64,000 nt of DNA from Blasia pusilla. Its lineage: Eukaryota. The DNA lies in contig CM114271.1 in the NCBI GenBank assembly GCA_050084515.1, positions 49,104,001 to 49,168,000 of the forward strand. Direction: 5' to 3'. Under the pieces are notes generated by a model, which was given only the letters and a program-made list of their open reading frames with translations, was not told the origin of the DNA and searched no databases. This document shows positions 55,357 through 64,000 of this stretch, piece after piece (the first letter of the stretch is position 1; the number at the start of each line of letters is the position of its first letter). A program made the translations under genes and the position numbers.

Positions 55357-56659
55357 CTAATCGATACGTGAGAGAAGTGCCAGCTCTGGTGCTCCTGCTC
55401 CATCTTGTCTAGCTGGTGGTGGTCCTCTACCACCACGTCTAGGAAGAACTCCCTGACCTCCTCCATGACGACCGCCCCCAGGCCCTCGGCCTACCTCTGG
55501 ACGTGACTCTCGGAGAAGGTCAAAACACCTATCCCTAGTGTGACCATATCTGTGGCAATAGTCACACTCGTGCCATGGTGGGGCCATCCTCTGTGGCTCT
55601 TGAGCAATCGAAGGCGCTCGTGGTCCTCTCCCATGCTGTGGGCAGTCTCTCTGCCTATGGGCCCCTCCACACGTCCAACAAGACCACATTGGTCCCTGTT
55701 GGGCAACATATGTAGGTACGGGTCGTTGCCTCATATGCTCACGATACCCGACCTGCTCTCTAGGCACACCGGCCTGTTCCCGTGGTACTAGTGCTTGCTG
55801 TGGCACCTGTGGGGTCACCGTCGCTTGTGGACCCGTCGACTCTCAAGAAAATCCAGCGGTCACTACCTGCTCCTCACTCATGTTGAGCTCAATACGCTCA
55901 GACAACTCAAAGACCACCTTCAATGTGGGCTTTCGCTGTGTGAATCAGCACCGCATCTCGGACTCTCCTCCGTAGTTCTCGATCCAAAACCCTGTACCAA
56001 TACTAGATTGACTGCGCCTCAGTCACTCCATGTGTAGCAATGATCAGCCTCTTCATGCGTGTGAATGCCTCTCTCAGACTCTCACCCGATCGTCGCTGAA
56101 AATCCTGTAGATTCTTCAGCTTGTCGGTGCATACACCCTGGTAGCTCTTCCCCAACTGTCGGTAGAACTCCACTATGGGGCTGAAGCTGGGTGGCCCTCT
56201 ACCACCAGAGGTCTCTGCCATATCGCTTGTCTCACTGCCCTTCTCTCCTTCTAGTCTCCAGGCTGATGGTGTGGGTCTCTCTCCTCTCACAATCCCATCA
56301 TATGCCTCGTGACCACTAGTGGACACATACCCTAGAGCCCAATACATCCTCCAAGCATCGATCTCTACTGAATATAGTGATCGAAACTCCATCTAGTCAT
56401 CCATCGAAGGACCCTCCAAGTGCTGGAACAACCTCTTCCATGCCATGAAAGGGTTGAACCGTGTCGGGGTCCGTATCTCCTAGAAGTCGCACCACGTGTC
56501 GAACTCTTGGATAAAATCATCTAAGTCGATGGTGCCCATTGCACCCAAGAAACAACGCATGCCCCGATGGCCCATGTCGTCCATCTCCTGCCAAGTGATA
56601 CTGCCTCCGTCTACAATCTCCTCACCAAACTCGGTGTCTAGTGATGACGATCCAGCCAT
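55357..56659 (-). pseudogene. Gag with two zinc knuckles
   Basis: FQRRSGESLREA (major-homology-like) plus CWTCGGAHRQRDC and CDYCHRYGHTRDRC; in-frame stops. Confidence 0.85.
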
Positions 56660-58803
56660 GGATGGATGTCGAGGTATCTCCTTACTCGTAACCCCTCAAT
56701 ATCTCACTCCACTCCGTGTCACTCCACTACTACTACTCGCACTATCCCGTTCTTTCGAACCCTAGAAGAAAGCCGTGATGATAACCTTGTCTCACCCGCT
56801 CAAGCACTCAGACTCACCGAGAGTCTCCCACACTCCTCACTAGCTCACCTATGCTAACATCAATCCCGTGATGACATACCCGGCCTCACGCACACTCAAC
56901 ACTCGGGCTCACCATGAGCCTCCCAACTGACTCACCTAACCTAGCGACACTCTCTCGGGTCATACACGTGATCCCTACTGGGCAACTGCCGTATATCCAC
57001 CAACATGCTATACATGAAAAGAATCTACACTCGTCACCATCATTGCACCCACCTAGCACTAGCTACTACTCGATACCCAGCTTTCTCAATCTCACAGGAC
57101 AAGTGCGGGAAAAGGGACTCGAATGGGTAACCTGATCACACCCTCCAACCTACTTCATCGTCAACACGCACTCCCCCATGTGACACGGCAACCTCATGAT
57201 TGGCAAACTCCCGTCGCAAATCCCATCCACGCTTGCAAATCACCAAATGCAGAAACGAGCTCCCATTGCACAACTCGCCTCAACCACGTCCAATTGCTCA
57301 ACCTCGTAGCCTGAGTCAACCTGGTTTGGCTCCACTCCTACCACGTACGCACTGTCCGATCACATCAACATGACCCCGACCACATTTGACCTTGCCCGAC
57401 CACATCCGGACTCTCAACCATGTAGCTCAACATCATCCACGTCCGCTATCCAACTATGTAGGTCACTTACCACGTCGGTATCCTCACCGCCACCACGTTA
57501 CCTAAATGGGGGGCCTTACGGCCTCCCCAAAGTGCGGGAAAGGGGGTGCGTCTCGCACCCCCTCCGCCTCCGCACTCCACATCTTTTCCGCCTCCGCGCT
57601 TGGCTGCTTCCGCCTCCTCTACGCCCTAAACCTAGCCGCGCCTAGCCCTAGCCGTCCTTGCAACCCTAGCCTTGGCGGCTACAAACTCTCAACGTTTCCT
57701 TTCTACACTCCCGTTGTGCGCCATTCTCTCGACGCTCCAACACTCTCCGTTGCACCCGAACGCTCTTGCGTAACCCCCACTCTGTTGTTGTCCCTCGTCA
57801 ACCTGCACCCAAAAAATCTGAGAAAAATGGACAACGCTTCCGCCCACGACCTTTCGAACAGAAAAATGACCAACACCCGCAACACACGCGTCTCCAGGGG
57901 CTCCCGACCAAGGCAACTCGCTTGCCTACCTGCAAACAACGAATTCCCACCAGCCCCCTGACATCTTTCTCATGTAAAAATAAAGAGTAGTAAAAATGGC
58001 ACACCCGGCCTTAAAATCCACTGCTTAATCTACATCGGCATATCGAGCCTCGTCCACCCTGTGCTATCAAGGAATCCGGATGCTAGCACCCTAGTCCTAT
58101 CTCACACATATACAAGAGAGGTGCTCCAACGGCCCAACATGAGAAAGATGGCTTAGGAAAGACATCTTCCTCTCTTATATAGGGTTGGGAAGAGCCAAAA
58201 GGCTCTTCCCCCAAAAATAGCCATCCCCTTGGTAACCTACGCGCACGGGTTACCAGGGGCGGGTGACCTGGTCAACAAGTCACCCGGCTGTGAAAGACCT
58301 CAACATGAAAGTTGTCAGAAATGATGTTCTTGACACAATAGACCTATTCTCAGCCTCATCCGACATCATGGGACAAAGTTACACTCAAGATAGTCTGCTG
58401 GCTCCTACGCCCTATCCACGATAGATCTCGGCCTATCGGCTACTCAGATGTGACATTTGAATGATGGATCCTAGAATAAGGAGGAGGAGGAGGAGGGCAA
58501 GGGGGATGAGGAGATTCTCCTTATAGTGTCTAGCCGCTCTAAGGTAGAGTAGGAGGTACCCATTGGATAGTTCTTCTAGTGGAAGCCCTAGGCCTATTAG
58601 CAATGGGCGTTGTAATATGGCATACGACCAAAATAGTCCTATCAAGGTAGCTATTGGTAGTGACAAGATGCATGCAAAAACAACGTCCATTGGGACTTTT
58701 TCATGTACTAGACCTTCTACGCATTCGACATTGTTGTTAGTGACCCCCTGAGTGCAAAAAGGAAACATAGATCCAAAGCATAGGAGGCCCATCCCATCAT
58801 TTA

Positions 58804-59092
58804 CAAGTTTGCACACGGAAAAAATCTGTGTATGTGGACATGTCCATGTCTACAGATTTCTGTCCGTCCCTAGGACGGACATGATCGTGTGGGCCTGGGT
58901 ACCTGCACCTAAGCCCATAGCGTAGACTAGCTTAGGTTGGCTGAGCTCGCATTGGTTTTTTGGTCAAGCGTAGCCCGCACCAGCCCGTAGCAAGTCCACA
59001 ACCAGGCCAACTATGGGCTCTGAGGACTAAGAAGGGGGATGCGGGTACGCGGGCGGCATGTTCATGGACTTGTCCATTTCCGTGCAACCTTG
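58804..59092. mobile_element. hAT-type MITE
   Basis: Ends CAAGTTTGCAC...GTGCAACCTTG; 8-bp TSD ATCATTTA/ATTATTTG (two transitions). Confidence 0.78.
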
Positions 59093-62000
59093 ATTATTTG
59101 CAATTTAGCAACAACAAGAGTTCACATTTTGGTCATGTGGAGGACTACATCATCAATGAGACCTACATGACAGGGGAGTGTATGGGGATCGAGGGTTTGA
59201 CGTGGAATGCCAACCCCTAGGCCAAAGGAACCTTAGACTAGGAGTTTTTTTTGTGACAGGTATCATGGATATGGTCGTACTTGGTATAGGTGATTTATCT
59301 TAAATGCTAAGTGACCCCAAAGCAAGCATCTGAGCAAGTCGGAGTACCCAGAGCAAGTAGAGGCTAAGGTGTTGGAAGTCTTGGAGAGGATATGGTGGAG
59401 GGTGTGCCCCAGAAGGAGGCAAAGGCCCACCACTTGGACATATTGAGGAAGAAAGATCATGGGCGTGCAGCATGATGACAACTTGAATAGAGAAGCAACA
59501 AAATACATTATAGGGGAAGCATTGTGATTGCATGACACTAGATCTATATCCTCTATGTCTAATGGTAGTGGCACTAATCAAGAGGATCCTAGATGGATTT
59601 GCAGAGTTTCCTAAGTGGAGGCAACTACCAGCATGACTAGAGGATCAACCATGGATTCGGAAGTGCAACGAGAGGAAGCATGTAGGCAGATGAGTCTTCC
59701 CCAATGATTTACCTTATTCAAGGCAATGAGGACCCTAGAGATGATTCTTGATCAACAAACGCCATTGAGTGGTTTTTGGTGTTGCTTGTTGCCATTTTCT
59801 TTGTGCAATCCTTTTTTATGTTCCTTTTTCCTTACTTGAGAGGCCTTTGATTGTCCTCATTTGAAAAAAAATTCAAATAAAAGGAAATTTTATCCAAGAA
59901 GACCTATGTTAATAATATAGATTGGAACATACACGGATTTGACCATGAATATGTTCCAATCTTTCTCCAAATTTTCGAGCTCTCTAGACGGGTCTATTTA
60001 TGAAAGAAATCTCCGACGCCCTATCATTTTTCCTCATAGACTCTACAAGGGGAAGTCCTTTTTAATTTTTGGATGTTTTGAATTGGAAATCATTTCTCGA
60101 AAGAGTGTGGTTAGTTTTGTAAAAAAACTATCAAGACATCTAGAATGCTTACAACTTCTTTGTTTTCCAAATGTTTCCAATTTCAACCCGCAAGAACTTC
60201 CACTTCACTAAAACCGCAACTTTACACAGAACCGCATTATACATCCGTATTCCACAAAATAATCCGGAATAGGAACAGAACGAGGAGTAATGGGCACGTG
60301 GGTCGACGCTTTTGGTAGTTAGACCGGTCCCACCGAGAGGAGCAAGATTCGACTACTATAATGAACTACTATAAGGTTCGATTGTGCTTTGGAACCTTTT
60401 GGTCTCGTCTCAAGAGAGTGACCAAGGCAAGGCTTGGCTTTTGCACGTTGCAGCTGAACAAGACGATGACATTGAGGCTTTGACCTTCACGCAAAAGGAA
60501 GTCGCCAGAGAGTGTGGCAACTCCTTTGCCATTTTGTCGCCGACTGCCCCACCATTTGGAAGCTTCCACCTTACCCTTATGATCGAGGGACGAAGATCAC
60601 GAAGGATTCTTGTTCTCTACAATACTTATATTAGGGAGCAACATTCTTCCATAATTTCGACCGAAGAGGGGTGCATAGGGAAGCTTGGAAGCTACGATTG
60701 CTCAATGCGACAAAACCCTATGTGGTTCACGATCCCACCATGAAGGAGTAAGAGGACTTAGACTTAGCTTATGTCAAAATCTTGGTCGTGGTGGAAGAAT
60801 CGGTGCATGGAAAGACAACTCCTTTTCGTGCCATGATAATGTTTCTTTTCACTATTATTTTATTTTATTTTTATCGTGGTTCTAGAATTTCTAATTTGGG
60901 TAATTCCGGTGTTGCTTACAACTGCCCTTATTTTTTCACTTCATCGGCCATATCCCACATGCTTGCCTTTTAAATACTAGCATAACAGAAATATCTCTAT
61001 TTATTTCCACACTAAATAAAGCTACAAACTGCTTAAGCGGTTCCCATAACAGTTTGGAAAGTCACATGTCATACAAAGTGGATGGACGAGGGACGCAAAT
61101 GGGATTGTTAATAAATATGTCTAAGAATCTCTTCCAAGTCTAGGCAAGTACTCCATTCTTCTCTTCTCCATTTTGAAGAGACATTCAAGAATGCTCTATT
61201 TTGAAGGGTAGGGGTCCACGTAAACGCATACAAGTTGGTGCCCGTGCAATGCATTGGATTAAAAGTGATGGGTAATTTTGAATTATCCATTATTATTGTG
61301 TAATGAAAAGATTTAATATCCCAAAATCAATTTTGAGCAATCCAATTGGCTAAGAGAGTAAGCGATCCTATTGATTGTGAGGGGCAAGTGTCAAGAGGAG
61401 ACGTGTTCAAAAATCAAGAATGGGTTATGCAATCATAATATATATGAAGTGAACTAGTAAAACCCATAATTTTTGAAAGCTTTGTAAAGTGGAACCAAAA
61501 TTTACGCATTTATAAAGTGCAAATTTTTTGTTGGAAAATATGACCAAATTCTTTGAATTTTTTGAAGAGATTTAAAAATTTGGGAAATATTCCAACTTGA
61601 GAATTGGATTTTATTTATTAATTTTAAAAATAACCAGAATTTTTTCTAGGAATATTTTCCATCCAAGAAAAATTAAACCAGATGGTTTAAAAAATATCCC
61701 CAAGCCATTTCCATCTATGGATATGATTTAATGGCGATAAGATTTCTTCAAAAATAACCTACATCTAAATAGTTAAGGCAACATTGGTTTTCTTGCTATG
61801 CCGTAGTAGATGAATATATTAGTAGGTAAGCATGTGTAATTCATGAAAAAGAAATGTTCTCGTATTGAGAAAATTGTAGTGCTTATAAAACTGCCCTTTT
61901 CTGAACTTGCTTCTTATGTTAAAACGCCATGATCCCCTTTCACTTAGAAAACCATCTATCCCATCTCCCAATTTGGGGGAAAAATAAATTTGCAACTCCT

Positions 62001-64000
62001 CCCTAAAAAGTATTGTATTCCCCTCTCCCTTATTTGAGAGAAGATATCCCTTCTCTCCCCCATGAGTCTTTTCCTTCATAAATTTGTTCCTTTCTCCCCT
62101 TCTACCTTTTTTCCTAAAATTTCATGCCTACACAACTAGCCACATATGATTTCTGGATTTGTTCGGAGTCTATGTGCTTGCCATATGGCACATGGATTAT
62201 AACACAAGGTGGAATTAAAACATCATGTACATGTACTTATTCTAGAGTTAATTATGTTTCTTATACTATTTTTTTGGTAACTTGTGCATCCCGTCATAAT
62301 AATTATCCAAAGAATCCAAAAGGATTTTCATGCCGCCCAGGATATGAGGACGATTTCTTGTTGCAATAGGACAGGTCTGTAGATAGAATAGAAGTGTTTG
62401 GAAATCAAGAATTTATATTTTTTTAGTAACATATACTAGTAAAGACCCTTAAGATGCATGGATCTGGGTTTAATTATTCATGTTTCAATGTCACTCTCCT
62501 TACCAATCTCTATATGATCCCAATTAATGCAACCAAAAGTACTTTTGAGAGAAATGTAGTCACATGTGAAGAACAACTAAATTCAATTAGTCTATAAATT
62601 TTTTGATTTATAAATAATTCATGAACTTATTCAAATAAGGATAATAAGGCATGCCCCGATGAGGGTACGTGTGCAAACAATGTTAAGGTCGGTCCCATGG
62701 AATTCTCATTCGACTCAAGCAAACTCTTCAGCAGATTTTATTTTGTAATTTTTTTTTAATTTTCAAGAAATCCGTACAAATAGAACACGCTGATAGAAAT
62801 GATCCATTAGTAAGTCAGAAATATTCTTTTCCCTTGAATAAGTCAACTTGTTGAAATTTATTGAAAATAGACTTTGTCTAGGGTGCAACAATTTACCGGT
62901 TCTATAAAGTTCGAAGGCTACCTCGTTCCGTTAACGAGGCTCCCCTTGCAACTCCATTAGGTCTCAATCACGAACAACTATTCCAGGACAAACGCAAAAA
63001 ATCATGATTTTCGTAAGGAAAAGTGACTCGAGACACAACCGGTGCAGAAGTCACTCAAAACCCCGATCTTGCGGAAGTAGAGGCAGGAATTGGAAAGGAG
63101 TAGAGAGGTGCGACTCCAACCGGCGACACGAGACCAATTGGAAATACAAGAGGATCCGTTTCATGTGTCTGCTGGATCTCTTCTAAATACTGAGTCTAGC
63201 TTAACAGCCTTCCCGACCAGAAAGGAGGAAATACAGTTCTCTTCCGTATAGAAGCAACCGCGTTACGACCACGGAATGACATTATTTACTGAAGAACAGT
63301 GTGATCGCGACGAAGAAGACGTCAAGGCAGAGCAGGTGGACTCGTGGAGACTCAGGAGAGCTGGTCAGGGAAAGAAAGCAGTCTCCTGCATGGATTAGTC
63401 CGGGCAGCGAGGTCTTTGTTGACGCCCGTCCCGCTCGTGGAGGGACCCGAGATGATTGGAAGGAATGAAACCCGGAGACTGGGGCATGACCGCAGATTCG
63501 CGGGCAGTTCTGGAATCTGGGGCATTGCAGTGCGCTCCCATTGGGCAGTACATGAACTGGTTCCCGGTCAGATACCCGAGCTGACCGCCGGGTGGGTGGG
63601 AACTCCTCCTCCACCATCTCCGCACCTGGTCAGTCTGCTTCTCCTCCTCTTTCCTCTTGGGCGGGGAAATGGAGGCGTGGTGGCGGTAGTGGTGTCTGTT
63701 CTCTCGTGTCACAGGGAGACAGACGGGCAGGACCTCCTCATTCCAGAGCAATGAAGCATCGGAGGAAGGTCGGACTGCTCTGCAGATCTGTAGAATAGAT
63801 CCATTTCCGGGTCGTGAGGGGAGGGGAAGAAGTAACGGACATCGGAATGCTGGCTGCCCTGATCCGGGCCATGTGGATGTGGAGCTGGAATTGGAGCTTT
63901 GGCGTTGGGTGAAGAAAGGGAATAAAACGAGCGGGAGGGATAGTTCGCACCGACTTTTGTGGAGGAGGATTAAGTCAAACATCCAGCAGGTAATGTGAGA

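Larger units (their letters stand above)
48879..58455 (-). mobile_element. Ty3/Gypsy-type retroelement encoding Gag-PR-DNMT3-RT-RH-INT-PHD; defective copy; no LTR pair detected
   Basis: TGTCA...TGACA ends, TSD TTTG/TTTG, RT-RH-INT domain order, TATA-like CTATATAAG (minus strand) near 58175-58183. Confidence 0.93.

Noticed and set aside
63282-64000. GC-rich region with overlapping ORFs, possibly part of a gene crossing the window edge
   Set aside because: Strand, frame and product cannot be determined from this window

Overview
Eukaryotic, transposon-rich plant nuclear DNA, probably from a non-seed land plant (inference from gene and TE content). Two host stress genes are recognisable: a two-exon dehydrin (minus strand, 13894-15442) and a divergently oriented LEA/LTI-like gene (28031-29055, one frameshift). 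There are also dead head-to-head fragments of UTP15 and a NOL8/ROS3-like RRM gene. Most of the rest is decayed CACTA, Helitron, MULE, hAT-type MITE and LTR-retroelement sequence. The standout is a 9.6-kb Ty3/Gypsy-type element (48879-58455, minus strand) with the order Gag-protease-[DNMT3-like cytosine methyltransferase]-RT-RNaseH-integrase-PHD finger. It has TGTCA...TGACA ends and a 4-bp target-site duplication, but I can find no long terminal direct repeats. A 954-bp mini-derivative (42943-43896) has the same two dissimilar ends, its own 4-bp TSD and a retained piece of the methyltransferase. All calls come from reading the sequence by eye; no database searches were run.
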